Assembly: GCF_006345805.1 (NCBI RefSeq)
Contig: NC_042999.1
Location: 83,328,001-83,392,000, forward strand
DNA from: Octopus sinensis
Taxonomy: Eukaryota
Direction of reading: 5' to 3'
Length of the DNA: 64,000 nucleotides
Of the stretch, positions 27,149 through 40,985 are shown piece by piece. Under the pieces are notes generated by a model that made no database searches, had not been told where the DNA came from, and saw nothing but the letters and a program-made list of their open reading frames with translations. The translations under genes and the position numbers were made by a program. How positions within the stretch are numbered: the first letter of the stretch is position 1; every line of letters starts with the position of its first letter.

Positions 27149-29251
27149 AACTATATCTACAACAAATGTTCCTAATACTTTCTGAAACACTAATATTGTA
27201 CATGAAATACATATGCAAACATTTATCTAGACCTATTTTGTGTGATAGAGATGTTTTCTCACCAATACGCAGCGCTAACGGATGCATCCTTAAGTTGGCG
27301 ATTTTGCGTTACCTTACTACTGATGCCAAGTGGTTAACCCTGACCGAAATAGATTCTGAGCTTGTTTCAACTGTCTTCTTGATTTGTCAAGTCTTGAGAA
27401 TGTCCGACCGAAATATTGATAGATTAAAATAAATGTCGTTTATTGTAAGACAAGAATCTTTGCGCTGTTGACAGCTTCTTAAGCTCACATTCTAAAAACA
27501 CAGTACTTCTTAAAATTTCAGATTATCAGGACTACGAGAAAATAATTGTATTTCACCGCTCATCATCATCATCGTTGTCGTCGTCGTCATCGCTATCGAC
27601 ATCAACCCCAACAGTAACAGTAGGAGAGAGATGCAGAGATGAAATTTGAACAACAGTCAGAATAGCCGTTAAAAATTTATTTGTGCTACGTAGAAGCTTC
27701 TGAAAGCAATTCCAAAAACAGAGACATTGTGATGTAAAGATATTTTCTCGCCAATACGAGGTGACCAAAATATATGCTGAATGTGACTCTCGGTTGGCGG
27801 TTTGGGCGTTACGTTGCTACAATCTTTACATGTTGGTATAGCCGTCAAAATATATTCAGAGTTCATCTCAATAGCTTATTATAAGACAAGAATCTTTGCG
27901 CTGTTGACAGCTTCGTCAGTTGTAAAGGTTCTGAGCTTAGAATAACGGTAGACTAAATAAATGTCAATTATTCTATTCAAACGAAAAAAAAAATAATAAA
28001 CCAAACCACCAACACCCGGATACCTCTCAGCCAACAACACTTTCTTTGCTCGAGTGGTCCCTGATATCCGGAAGCAACGTAAAAAGAAGTCTCCCAGTGG
28101 TGCTATTAAGTTTGTCATGGCATGAACCGATGATCTAAGTTATCTTAGTCATCCTGTTGACATCTTGATAGCTTTACTCGAAATTATAAAGAGTGACATT
28201 TGCTCATTGTGCAACGAAACAGAACCGAAACCGGAATCTCATAATTACGAAGCAGACTTCTTAACCACTCGGCTTTACTGAAACTACGCGCTGATGAATA
28301 TACCCAAATATTACTATTGACGGGTTAAACCTATATTATAACAGAACTGTTTTATATATAAATATATGCATATATACATATCCTTACTCACACATTTAAG
28401 TTTTGTGTCCACAAGTCAACGTGAATATATAAAGTTTCTTTGTTGAAATAACCAAACCCGACTTGACTCCTACAGAAAACAAAACAAACAAAATATGTAT
28501 GAAATATATAAAAAAATTGACATTACACCATACTGGCATAATTTACAATTATATCATGTTCTGCAATAAACATATTTTTGGCCGCCTGGTCTAGCGCCAT
28601 ATATCAAAATGTTCGCAGCGCTCAATGCAGTATTTACATTATTTTCATCTTTTCTTTCTTCATTTTTTTTTTACCTCTTTTTTTTCTCTGCCGCCAATGC
28701 ACAGGAACATACAAATCTCGGAAATACAAATGCGCCTTCCCACATATAGATACACACATAGATATATGTATGTACAAGAATAGATATAAATGGATATATG
28801 CGTATACACACACACATACACACAGATACCTGTAAATTTAGACATACACTCGTACGACCCAAAATGAAATAGCACCTATCATGTTTCGTAGATGTTTATG
28901 TGTATTAACACTTTGACTTAGACTCGCATTACTAAAGCTTCACAGGAGTAAGCAAAACATTCCTGATCACTCTGGATTGTAAGGCAGGGTCATGTGATTC
29001 TAGAACCAAATATTAATACAAAAAAAATACGACATGAACACACACACACGCACACATATGCACAATATAGCTAATGATTAATATAGTCAATTAACCCGGC
29101 ATATCACAACTACATTTCATAGAACAAAGCGTTCAACACAATAAGTAGTTAAAAAAATACTTGCATATATTTAGAGTGTCTTACACAGAATTTGATTTGC
29201 TATGTGTAGTACATTCGTAAAGTTGACAATCGAGATATATTAAAATATATA

Positions 29252-30322
29252 TCAAGGTCAGTCAGAAATTCTTTCGGATTTTCACTGATGAATTTTTGTA
29301 ACTTGTCTCTCCATGTTATATCATAAATGATGCAATTTGTTGTTCAACCGTTGTTGAATTCTTTATTCCTTATTTTTATTTATAATATATATAGACATTG
29401 ATTGATTCTCCTTATTTTGCAACTTTGATAATGAGTGGTCAAAAAATTGCAACTAGAGCCATGTTACACTACCATTGGAAAACAGGACAGCGTACAAGCG
29501 ACAAAAGAATTCAATAATGTGGAAGGCCCGGGAACTTTCAATGGATGTGTAGTTGAGACGTTTCAAGGAAGGTGACACCAACCTCAGAGATAAACGAAGG
29601 TAGAGAGGCCTTCTGTTGTGGAAGATGAAGCCTTGTGTGAAATGGTTGAACAACAGCCAATCACTAGTTTATTGCCGGTAGAACTTGTTCCTCACAAAGC
29701 ACCATCAAACGCCAACTCCATAAGCTCGGATTTGTGAACAGAGACATTCGAGAGGCTTCTTATGAACTGAACAACAACCAAGCTCACGACGTGTGAACAT
29801 TTGCAAATAAATGATGGCAAATCTTCGAGATGCCCGTCTTTGGCGTCCAATTACAATTGAGGATGAAAAATGGATTTATTTTCGTAATCTTAATAAGGGA
29901 AATGAGAGGTTTATGTTCCGACCAGGCTTCAGAACCTGTTATCAAATAAAGGTGGTTTGATCAGAAGGTCGAATTGTGTGTTCGGTGGAATTTTGAGAGA
30001 TTACAGTACCTTGAGCTTGTCCTAGACGGTCATGTGAACACTAATCTTTATCTCTTTTTCTTTTACTCTCTTTTACTTGTTTCAGTCATTTGACTGCGGC
30101 CATGCTGGAGCACTGCCTTTAGTCGAGCAAATCGACCCCAGGACTTGTTCTTTGTAAGCCTATTACTTATTCTATTGGTTTCTTATGCCGAACCGGTCAG
30201 TTAGGGGGACGTAAACACATCAGCATCGTTTGTCAAGCAATGCTAGGGGGACAAACAAAGACACACAAACATACACACACAAACATACACACACAAACAT
30301 AAACACAGACGCGCGCGCGCGT

Positions 30323-30360
<38 letters not shown>

Positions 30361-30990
30361 TTACATATATACGACGGGCTTCTTTCAGTTTCTGTCTACC
30401 AAATCCACTCACAAGGCTTTGGTCGGCCCGAGGTAATAATATAAGACACTTGCTCAAAGTGCCACGCAGTGGGACTGAACCCGGAACGATGTGGTTGATA
30501 AGTAAGCTACTTACCACACAGCCACTCCTGCGCCTGTTCAATAACTGCAGCGAGTATATGATACACTGAAAGCCCGCTACCCGACATTGGTCAATTGAAG
30601 ACGCGCACTCCTACAGTATGACAATACCTTAGCGCACGCTGTCAATGTGACCAAGCGCATATTTGAGGAACTTGAGGAGTTGGAAGTGCTGCCTCACTCT
30701 GCCTACAGTCCAGACGTTGCACCATCAGATTACCAGCTTTTCCAAGCTACAGCTCATATCCTGCGCGGACGGAGGTTCAACAAAGTGGATGACGCAGGGA
30801 AAAGGTGCAGGGAGTTTTTTTTGCCTCTAAATCAACCAGTGTAATATAGAATATACCTTCTGGCACAGCGATGGCAACATATAATATAATATGATGGGAT
30901 ATATTTTGATGAATAAAAGCTTTTCGTGTGTAATTTGTTTGAACTATTAATTAAAGCTTGAAATACGAAAATAATTTTGATTCAACCTGC
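29252..30990 (+). mobile_element. Decayed mariner-family transposon interrupted by a SINE
   Basis: Motifs RPSVVEDEAL, TIEDEKWIYF, QYDN..AH, YSPDVAPSDY, WQHII.YDGIYFDE*; degenerate TIRs (~21/33) flanked by TA; many stops and frameshifts. Confidence 0.88.
30050..30533 (-). mobile_element. Family B SINE, full length, inserted in the mariner ORF
   Basis: Complete head-to-tail copy between codons NLY and VQ. Confidence 0.92.
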
Positions 30991-31939
30991 TATTTATAGA
31001 TCTTATATCTATCTTTCACACATACACATATACGTATATATACTCACACATTCGTGAGTGTATATATACATGTGTGTGGGTGAGAGAGAAAGAGAGAGAG
31101 AGAAGAGAGGGAGAGGGCGTGTGTTTGCGCGGGTGTATAAGGGAGTTGAAACAGATTAATACATTTATTGCTATTATTTCAGTAAAAGCATTCGCATTCC
31201 TTATTTTCCACCACAAATATTCCTTTTAATTTTGGCACAAGGCCAGTAATATTGAAGGGAGGAAAAGTCGATTACCTAGATCCAATTGCTTAACACCTAA
31301 AGGATAAATGACCTCAACTTCATTTGAACTCCAACCGTCAAGAGCAGCTAAAATAGTTTGTTCCGACGCGCTAACGATACTGCTAGTTCGCCACAGATCC
31401 ATAAAATTTAATTCACAGAGGGAAAGCCTAGCATCTACAGACTTATACGAGAAGATCGTAAACCAATATATTTTACATTTATCCACCTGTCACGATCATC
31501 ATGACAAGTGAAGCAGATGAAAAAAAGAATAACAGAGAATGGGCAAGAAGGAATAAAAATACAGGTAAAAATGAGGTATGAGGGTGATAACGATACGTAC
31601 ATACCTGAGAGCAGAATCTGGAAGTGACTCACAACCTCTAATGTCAAGAAGACAAGGTCAAGTAACATATATATACAACAGACTGATGTTTCTGTAAGTT
31701 TCAAAAAATACCCTGGGGTCAATAAAAAACAGTCATGAACTAGATTCAAACAACTGCAGTATAACTGTCAAGGAAGAGTTTACAGTGGAGCCGTTATTAA
31801 ACCGTGAAATGGCCCGTCAGGAGACTCCACCCCCTCTTTTTTTCTTTTTTCGACATGAGTAGTATAGAAAGAATGTGAGATTTTGCAAAATGTAGATTTA
31901 ATGAATTTATCTCACTATTTCTAATGTATGTTGCGTTGA

Positions 31940-32135
31940 GCATTATATATATATATATATTATATATATATATATACACATGTATTGCTGAGCAATATAT
32001 ATATATATGTATGTATGCATGTATATGTGTGTGCGTGCGTATGTATGTGTGTGTATATATATATATATAATATATATATATATTATATATATGTGTGTGT
32101 ATGTGTGTACATGCATATACATGTACACGTGGTAG

Positions 32136-32174
<39 letters not shown>

Positions 32175-32346
32175 CACATACATACATACACATGCGTATA
32201 TAATCTACCATGATTTAAACACATACAATATATATATATATGTATGTATGCATGTATATGTGTGTGTGCGTGCGTATGTATGTATATATATATATGTATG
32301 TGTGTGTGTACATGCATATACATGTACACGTGTGTAGCTATATATA

Positions 32347-32421
<75 letters not shown>

Positions 32422-32622
32422 TATACACACACGTACAAGCACTAGCAGAGAGCAACATGTATAACGTGCTCATACGCACATATCTGAATATATTTCAGCA
32501 GTAAAAATAAACAACGTTTCCATTCGTCCACCCGTACATTCTTTCTTCCATCTCTTTCATGCATACACACACACCCATATACGTACATACATATACATAT
32601 GAACGGTCAAACTCAAAACGCT

Positions 32623-32663
<41 letters not shown>

Positions 32664-32906
32664 ACACACTTACACACACACAGTGGGATATTTGCTACTT
32701 ACTTTTCAGTCAGTTCACTGCACAGAACCTGTCTTTTGCATTCCCATCCATTGTCATATGCCACCTGGTGCTTTATTGTTCAACAAACTATTCATTTGCT
32801 GAACTTTTGCCATTTTTTTCCCTCCAAGACCAGGGAATTTCACAGGAACATACTTTACTGACAGACAGCTCATTTTTAGTAAACACCAATATATCTTTAT
32901 TTCTTA

Positions 32907-33003
<97 letters not shown>

Positions 33004-33630
33004 CATCTATCTATCTATCTATCTATCTATCTCATGTGTTGCATATACGCATGTCTTTCTATGACTCTCTCTCCCTCTCCCTCTCTTTCTCTCTCTCCCT
33101 CTCTTTCTCTCTCTCCTTTTGAATCGAACATTTTTTTTGCTCTCTCTTTCTCCCGTTGTGTCTATATTGCTGTTATTGTTGTTATTATTATTTATGTTGA
33201 CCTTCATTTCGCATATTATACATAGCTCTTTGTATGAATGTCTGTGCGTGTGTAGGTATGAGCGTGTGACTCTATGTGTGCACGTGCGCGCGTGTGTGCG
33301 CGCATACACACGCACGCACGCACACACACACATATACACACACATAATCATACCTTCAACATGCACACACAATCATACCTACACACGCATGCACACAGAT
33401 CAGCAGTCCATTTTAAGATGCATGCACACTGAAACAGTTCAGGTTCCTAACATTTAGCAGTGTCGTCTCTGAATTCAGAGTGATCTAATTTTCAAACACA
33501 TCTATTTCTCTATGGCTACACACACAAACACACACACACACACACGCACACACACACACACACACACACACCACACACACACACACACCACACACATACA
33601 CATACACATACACAAACACACACACACACA
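31940..33630. repeat. (TA)n, (CA)n, (TCTA)n and (TC)n microsatellite blocks
   Basis: Directly visible; long (TCTA)n at ~32905-33030. Confidence 0.93.
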
Positions 33631-33710
33631 CAAGCATGACTATGTCTCTTTTACCTATTTCAGACACAGGATTGCAGCTATACTAAGGCACTTACTTTAA
33701 GGGTTTATTC

Positions 33711-34417
33711 TAGTGGTTCTTAACCATTTTTAAAAATTTATGGACCCCTTTCATTACTATTTTATTCTGGTGGACCCCATAGCCATTCAATGTTTAAATA
33801 CCAGTTTTATAGATACATCATCATCATCATCATCATCGTTTAACGTCCGTTTTCCATGCTGGCTTGGATTGGACGATTTGACTGAGGACTGGCGAACCAG
33901 ATGGCTGCACGAGACTCCAATCTGATTTGGCAGAGTTTCTACAGCTGGATGCCCTTCCTAACGCCAACCACTCCGAAAGTGTAGTGGGTGCTTTTACGTG
34001 CCACCGGCATGAGGGCCAGTCAGGCGGTACTGGCAACGGCCACGCTCAAATGTTACGTTTGATGTGCTACCCTCACAGGAGCCAGTCCAGCGGCACTGGC
34101 AACGACCTCGCTCGAATGTTTTTTCACGTGCCACCAGCACAAGTCCCAGTAAGGCGACGTGGATCTTTCAAAATTCTTATTTTGTTTTTCACTCATTCAC
34201 TTGCGTAGGTTTGCAACAGTACTCATTTGGAGAACATTACTGAAACATATACTCTCTTAAGCGTCAAAGAAAGAAACCTTGCTGTTTCTTGCAACAAACA
34301 CATCTAAAGCGAAACTTTTTCTCTGACCTTCGAGTTGCTACTGTGGTTCCCCATTAACTATTTTGCTTGCATGGACCCCAAAATATTTCTTATATGGACT
34401 CCCGTTGAGAACCATTG
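33711..34417. mobile_element. hAT-type MITE with nested retroelement
   Basis: Termini TAGTGGTTCTTAACC and GTTGAGAACCATTG; subterminal GGACCCC motifs; no matching TSD. Confidence 0.65.
33816..34162 (-). mobile_element. (GAT)n-tailed SINE or RTE-related fragment
   Basis: Minus strand ends ...AACGGACGTTAAAC(GAT)n; contains GGTTGGCGTTAGGAAGGGCATCC and internal ~60-70-bp imperfect repeats. Confidence 0.75.
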
Positions 34418-34519
34418 GACTAGATGCTCATAGGTGGAATATTTTGGTCGAAGCTCGACTGAACCAGATCTGATCTGGGACTAAAACAACAGCGATGGAA
34501 TAATTCATGGCCCAACAGC

Positions 34520-34531
34520 TCCTCCTCCTCT

Positions 34532-34621
<90 letters not shown>

Positions 34622-34647
34622 TGTTACTACTACTACTACTACTAATA

Positions 34648-34695
<48 letters not shown>
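34520..34695. repeat. (TAC)n/(CTG)n trinucleotide array
   Basis: Directly visible; source of the poly-L/poly-Y ORF. Confidence 0.95.
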
Positions 34696-34716
34696 ACCAG
34701 TTTTACAGATACTTAT

Positions 34717-34826
34717 ATTATTTACATTATTTACAATTGACGGATATTTGTCCACGGACATATGGTGTGGTGGTTAAGCGCACAGGTTACTAACCCCAAG
34801 ATTCCGGGTTCGATTCCAGGCAGTGA

Positions 34827-34864
<38 letters not shown>

Positions 34865-35056
34865 GTAACAACATCGAAAAATACCTTAGGAATGAGAACC
34901 CAGGTTCTAAATTTCCCCAAGACACCTGATGAAGGCTGGAGGGTATATCAGCCGAAACGTTGTGCTAACAACAAACAAGATGAGGACAAATATCCGTCAA
35001 TTGTAAATAAAGTAAATAATGTACATAATTCCTCATCTATTAAATATAGAACTGTA
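34717..35056 (+). mobile_element. Chimeric tRNA-head / hammerhead / Penelope-end short element
   Basis: 37-bp inverted repeat (34717-34753 vs 34984-35020, 36/37); A box 34763-34773; B box GGTTCGATTCC 34807-34817; (AAT)n; hammerhead 34921-34966. Confidence 0.8.
34921..34966 (+). ncRNA. Minimal type I hammerhead ribozyme motif
   Basis: GACAC CTGATGA A GGCTG gagggtatat CAGCC GAAACGT T GTGCT; perfect 5-bp stem II, palindromic ACGT stem III. Confidence 0.75.
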
Positions 35057-36504
35057 TTATAGATACTGCTTTCAAAATTCGTATTTTGTTTTTCACCCAT
35101 TCACTTGTTCAGGGTCACCATAGCACTCACTGGGAGAACATGTTTCAGTGACCAGAAAATATGTTAAACTCTATGTAAAACGTTAGAGAAAGTATCGTGG
35201 CTTTTCCTTCCAATAAATATAGCTAAAGTAAAGCAGTTTTCGTGAATCCTTAGAATACTACTGTGGATCACGAATCTTGCTTGAGTGGCTCCCCCAAAAT
35301 GTTATACGGACCCTCAGGGTAAATATGAACTCTGGTTGAGGACCTCTCTTTATTCTAACAAATTGACTCCTGTACTATAGTTTGTTTTAAAGTTTGATGC
35401 TTATCCTACTAGTCTCTTTTAATGAACCGCTGGGTTACGAGGACATAAGGAAGCCAACACGTGTTGCCAAACGGTCGTGGGACACCCATTCCATCATATC
35501 TATAAGACGGGCTTCTTTCCATTTCTTGCTAACCAAATCCACTCAAGGCTTTGGTCGATCTGGGACTATTTTAAGGTATCGTCAGTCTGAATTTGGAACC
35601 ATGCGGTTGGGGAGCAAACTTCTTACCGCACAGGCACGCCTACACTCATACACTCGCACGCACGCATGCAAGGACACACGCACGGACACACGCACGCACA
35701 CACGGACACATGCACGCACGCACGCACGCACGTTATTCATTCCTTACGGATTCAGCAAAAATAAAAACTTCGAGGCAAGGTTATATTACGTTGATGAATC
35801 AAGAAAAAAAAAATTCAAAACATGAATATAAAAAACCCCCAAAAAAACAAATAAAATCATGTTCATAGTTACGTGTTTTTTCCAAAACATTAAAAAAAAT
35901 ATAGTCATTGGTTAACAATAGTTTTCTCTCAGCACATGTTTGATTTTACTTAAATTTTTTAATGTTCTAGCTTGACAATAAATAACCTTTCACCTAGTTT
36001 GCTATCGTTATTATAGGCACACGAAACGCATCTGTCTCTTCTTTTCATCACTACTCGTGACTAACCACCTCGACAAATATTACATCACCGAATGCCAACG
36101 CTCAATTGACAACTGCTGAAATTACATACACGCAGACATATATATATGCATGTATGTAGGTATATATGTGTGTAGGTATGTGTAGGTATGTGTGTGTCTA
36201 TTTACATCGATATATGTATATATTCTTTTATTCTTTTACTTGTTTCAGTCATGTTGGAGTACCGCCTTGTAGGGGTTTTAGTCGAACAACTCCACCTGGG
36301 GACTTATGTTTTAAGCCTAGTACTTATTCTATCAGTCTTTTTGCTGGTCCGCTAAGTTACGGGGAGGTAATCACACCAACACTGGTTGTCAAGTGCTTAG
36401 CTTCGCTTAGACTTTATCTTTTACTTGTTTCAGTCATTAGACTGTGGCCATGCTGGAGCACGACCTTGAAAAATTTTTACCGAACGAATCTACCCCAGTA
36501 CTTA

Positions 36505-37257
36505 GAGGATCCTCTCTGTTTGGTTGCACCTGTGGCAATTTTAAAGTTTAGTGAGAATTTTGATTTTTGGTGTATTGATGTCATTTTCCACGCTGAATCT
36601 CAGGGGCGAATTCACTTTTCTCAGGATTATTTTTAATGTTACAAAGGTTTAAAGTCTGATAAATTTTAGCCAGTCAGAAAACAGGATTTCGAAGCTGTCA
36701 TTTTGTGCATGACTGCACATGTTCTAACCAGTAAGCAAATGGAATATTGGCAGAATCCTGCTTTGCAAACGCCATACAATCCCTCATAACTTTTTAACTT
36801 TTGGGAATTTTCAGAAAAGTTTTGCGAATTTGTATTCTGCATACGGGAGTTCATGCGATTACGCAAAACATTTTTTGGTGCGAGATTTAAGATCTATCTA
36901 GCTATTCTTTTTAGCACATCTCACAACTACCTTATACCTCATGCGTTTTAAGCATGTAATAAGTGAAATAGGATCATATGGGAAAGCAGCTTGGAAACAG
37001 CTAGGTTTGTTACTATGGAGATAGACACCTATATGTCTGTGGCTTTAGATTGACTAAAATTATAGTTAATTTGCAATTAAATACTTACCCATAATTTGCA
37101 ATTAATTAAAGTTAATTAACAATTTATTGACTTATGGCGAAAATGAATTTCAAGTCTATGATAACCATACGAAACTACATTAATACACCAAATATAAAAT
37201 CAATTGAAACAGTAATCGAAGAAATTGAAAAGTGGCAGTCAAATAGAAAAGATCCTA
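36505..37257. mobile_element. Non-autonomous TIR element, probably Sola2-like, inserted in a family B SINE
   Basis: Left end GAGGATCCTCTCTGTTTGGTTGC vs reverse complement of right end TAGGATCTTTTCTATTTGACTGC; flanks CTTA/TTTA; host SINE resumes at 37258. Confidence 0.55.
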
Positions 37258-38195
37258 TTTATATTTTAAGCCTGGATTTTTATTCTGTCGGTATCTTTTG
37301 CCGAACTGTCAAGGGGATGTAAACACAAGGCACACATGCATATACATACATACATACATACATACATACATACAACATACATACATACATACATACAAAC
37401 ATGGTGGCTACCCCCCACCCGTTATCGAGTATGGCCATTGCACGAAGCTTAATCGATGTTGTTATCGTGCAATGCCTGTGCAAGAAGATTTTTTTTTAAA
37501 GTGAGGAAAGGCTGTGCACTGAATCAATCCCATTCACTAAGCAACAGCAGCCATAATCCGAAAAGAAGGATGCCCTAACAAAGGCTTGGAGTCCTTCACT
37601 CCCAATGGTTTAACCGCGCGATCGGGTATTCAGTCCGATTATTTCTATGTCCCCGCGCATGATACAGCCTTAAAACATTTATTGGATGGCCGTTGACTCT
37701 CAAGAGTTCCTCCGCCCTTTGACGGATTTTGTTTTTCATCCCGCAGGGCGTCCAATAAACACCCTCCTCATCAATCAAGCTTGGCGGGGTTGCCGGTTTA
37801 GTTGCCGACGACCCGACCATGCAACAGGTTGTACTGGGTTACATGTTACCAGTAGCACTCGAAAGTGACCTGACATACATACATACATACATACATACAT
37901 ACATACATACATGCAAGCACACACAAACACATACACACAAATATATATAAATATATATACATATATACATACATGCGCGCACATACACACTACAGACGTC
38001 TTTCAGCTTCTGTCTACCAAATTGACTCACAAGACTTTGGCCGACCTGAGGCTATTGTAGAAGACACTTGCACAAGGTGCCACAGAAGAACTGAACCTGG
38101 AACAATGTTGTTGGGAAGCAAACTTCTTACCGCTCAGCCACGCCTTCGCCAATGAGCGTATATAATTTGTGTGTGTGTGTGTGTATATAAATATG

Positions 38196-38262
<67 letters not shown>

Positions 38263-39582
38263 AAGAGAGAGAGAGAGATGTTTGTGTGTATGTGTATTTA
38301 TGTATGTACCTCTGCGTATCTAAATTCCGTTTACGCTCGTATTACGACTAAATACATTTTACTTTTCCAGTAATCTCGTCTTCCTGTGCTCCTTCTCTGT
38401 CTTACTATCTATCTACCACTCACCTTGTGTTTTCTATTTGTCTTCCTTAATAGTTATCTGTGTGTGTGTGTGTGTGATTGTGTGCGTGTGTGTGTGTGCG
38501 TGCACATTCAAATACAAAGAGGAAGGAAGAAAGAAAAGCAAAAGAGTGTGAAAATGTGAGAGAGAGAGAGAGTGAGAGAGGAAAGAAAACTCATAAACGA
38601 TTAAAATGAACTTTTTGACATTTAGATGGCAATAAGGGACAAAGGTCACTTTACACAACCCACCTTATCTGTCTTTTATCACCACCAACCACCAACCACG
38701 CAAGCAATTTTTGGTCATTTAACAATTCTATATGGTTTTCTGCCCCTCTTTTCCTTTCTTTTCCCCCCTAAATTGGAAATGGTAAGCAGAGAATTATTTA
38801 TAGCAATGGGAATGAATTATGCATGAATGTTGATTGATGAATTATGGTGACCAAGAAATAAAATACCGAAAGATACATTAACAAAAATAAAACCAACAAA
38901 AACGAAATAATTTGTGATTCGCTACTAGAATCAGCAAAAGCGGCAAGCAGTGGGAAATACTGTGTGATATTAAAGTCTTTCCACTTGGGTTCGATTCTCA
39001 TTGAATTTCTTTAACGATGAATAATGTAACAGTCGATTACTTGTTCCATTCTAATTGCCTATATCTCTCCAAATTCGTAAATGTGTGACTGAATAAAAAA
39101 CCATTCTGCCCCCGAGGATTTAAAAAATGGCCCAGACCCTTCTCCACACTCTCATTCATTGGACGAACATTGTTGGCTTATGGAGTTATGTTCAAAAGCT
39201 GCTGTCTCGTCCAGAACCTCCTGAAAAAATGGCAACCGCTGTTTTTTTTATGACACAGTGGAATTTGAACTCAAAACACACAGAGACGGAACAGATAACG
39301 CAATACTTCCCGTACAGTGCTCAAACAATTCCATCTGTTCACTGCCCTGGGTTAGTCCCCCACCCTCCATTTCTTTTTATAGGTCTCGAAAGAGTGACTG
39401 ACAAAATTGACAGCGACACAATATGAAATCAGAGCGTCGAATAAATATAGAGATACCTTCAAGTAAACACTTTAATAATTCTGCCAATTTGTCTCCTATT
39501 TCTTGAAAGCAACTTTAACTGTAATTCCTGTACAACGGACAAAATAAATACCAGTAATATGATGATGTAAAGACAATCTGTT

Positions 39583-39801
39583 TCTTTATTATCCACAAGG
39601 GGCTAAACATAGAGAGGACAAACAAGGACAGACAAACGGATTAAGTCGATTGTATCGACCCCAGTGCGTAACTGGAACTTATTTAATCGACTCCGAAAGC
39701 AAAGTCGACCTCGGCGGAATTTGAACTCAGAACGTAACGGCAGACGAAATACGGCTACGCATTTCACCCGGCGTTCTAACGGTTCTGCCAGCTCGCCGCC
39801 T
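39583..39801 (-). mobile_element. Family A SINE, full length
   Basis: Reverse complement of head, core and tail. Confidence 0.9.
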
Positions 39802-40507
39802 TTTAACAGATCTGCTGCATGGTGATGTAAACACAATCGTCTATATGATTACATGATTTATCAATACTATTTCTTTCGTCACATATCCTCTGAAGTTACT
39901 TTTTATAGTGGTCGTGGTGATGCTTCTCACTAAGATTACGGCAATCGTGATCAAGAAAAATAATATTATTGAATTTCTGTTATTTTCAATATTTATGTAA
40001 TTAATATTGTTTTGTTACCACATATATAATACTAATTGCAATTTATTTAACAATAAATCACATAAAATAACAATAATTTGAATTCACTATATTTTGGATA
40101 ACTGACTGTTAATTCAAACTGACAATTTTCAGTAAATCTAAGAATATTTTTTTCTACTCTAGGCACAAGGTCCAAAATTTTGGGAGAGGAGACCAGTCGA
40201 TTAGATCGACTCCAGTACGTAACTGGTACTTAATTTATCGACCTCGAAAGGATGAAAGACAAAGTCGACCTCGGCGGAATTTGAAATCAGAACGTAGACA
40301 GACGAAAGTAAATCTGAAAATTTTAATTCACCCGTGCATAACCATTTATTATTTTTTTTTTTACCTTTGTACAGTGTCAGAGGTGGGGGGAATGCCATAT
40401 GCCCTACAAAGCTTCTCTTTGAAAATATTTGTCTCTTATGCAAAATCTCATCCATCAAGATAAAAAAAAACAGAAAAGAAAAATGTTGCTTACCATTTGG
40501 AGTATGC

Positions 40508-40760
40508 AAAGGCCTGTAGCTAAGTGGTTAATGTTGCACTCGCATCGCATAATCATGGTCGTGACTCCCCGACTGGGAAGTGCGCTGCATTCTTAAGCAA
40601 AACACTTCATTTCACATTGCTACAGTCCTTTCGGCTATAAACGAGTTACTATGCGACAGACTAGCGTCCTGCTCATGAGGAATCTTGTGATCTCGGGCAC
40701 CTATAAGCTATGGAAACCGAGTAACTGGCCTATGAGTGCTGAGACCTAAGACAGTAATTA
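40508..40760 (+). mobile_element. Old CORE-type tRNA-SINE (family D)
   Basis: Degenerate A box TAGCTAAGTGG; CORE-like CTTAAGCAAAACACTTCATTTCAC; GCGACAGACTAGCGTCC. Confidence 0.55.
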
Positions 40761-40985
40761 CTTACTTGTAGCAAACACACACACACACATACCATTTTAT
40801 ATATTGAAATAGTGAGTTGAAAATTTTCATTTATCTGATGTTATCCATGCAATTAGTAGACAGGGACTCCTTCTAGTGATGCTTAAAACCTAGAACAAAC
40901 AACTTGGAACGATAACCCCAATGTTATTAGCCAATTGAAATCTTTGGAAAATGATGGAGATGATAGACTGTAAGTATTTTGTATG

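Noticed and set aside
31605-31637. 33-nt candidate minus-strand exon; LDIRGCESLPDSAL resembles a leucine-rich repeat
   Set aside because: An in-frame stop lies just upstream, and the only usable acceptor removes the LDI part of the match
32703-32764. Candidate minus-strand exon VAYDNGWECKRQVLCSELTE with GTAAGT donor
   Set aside because: Acceptor lacks a pyrimidine tract; no known family match
34753-34828. tRNA gene
   Set aside because: Acceptor stem does not pair and the sequence is embedded in a repeat; treated as a SINE head, as are the heads at 19540-19614 and 21940-22012
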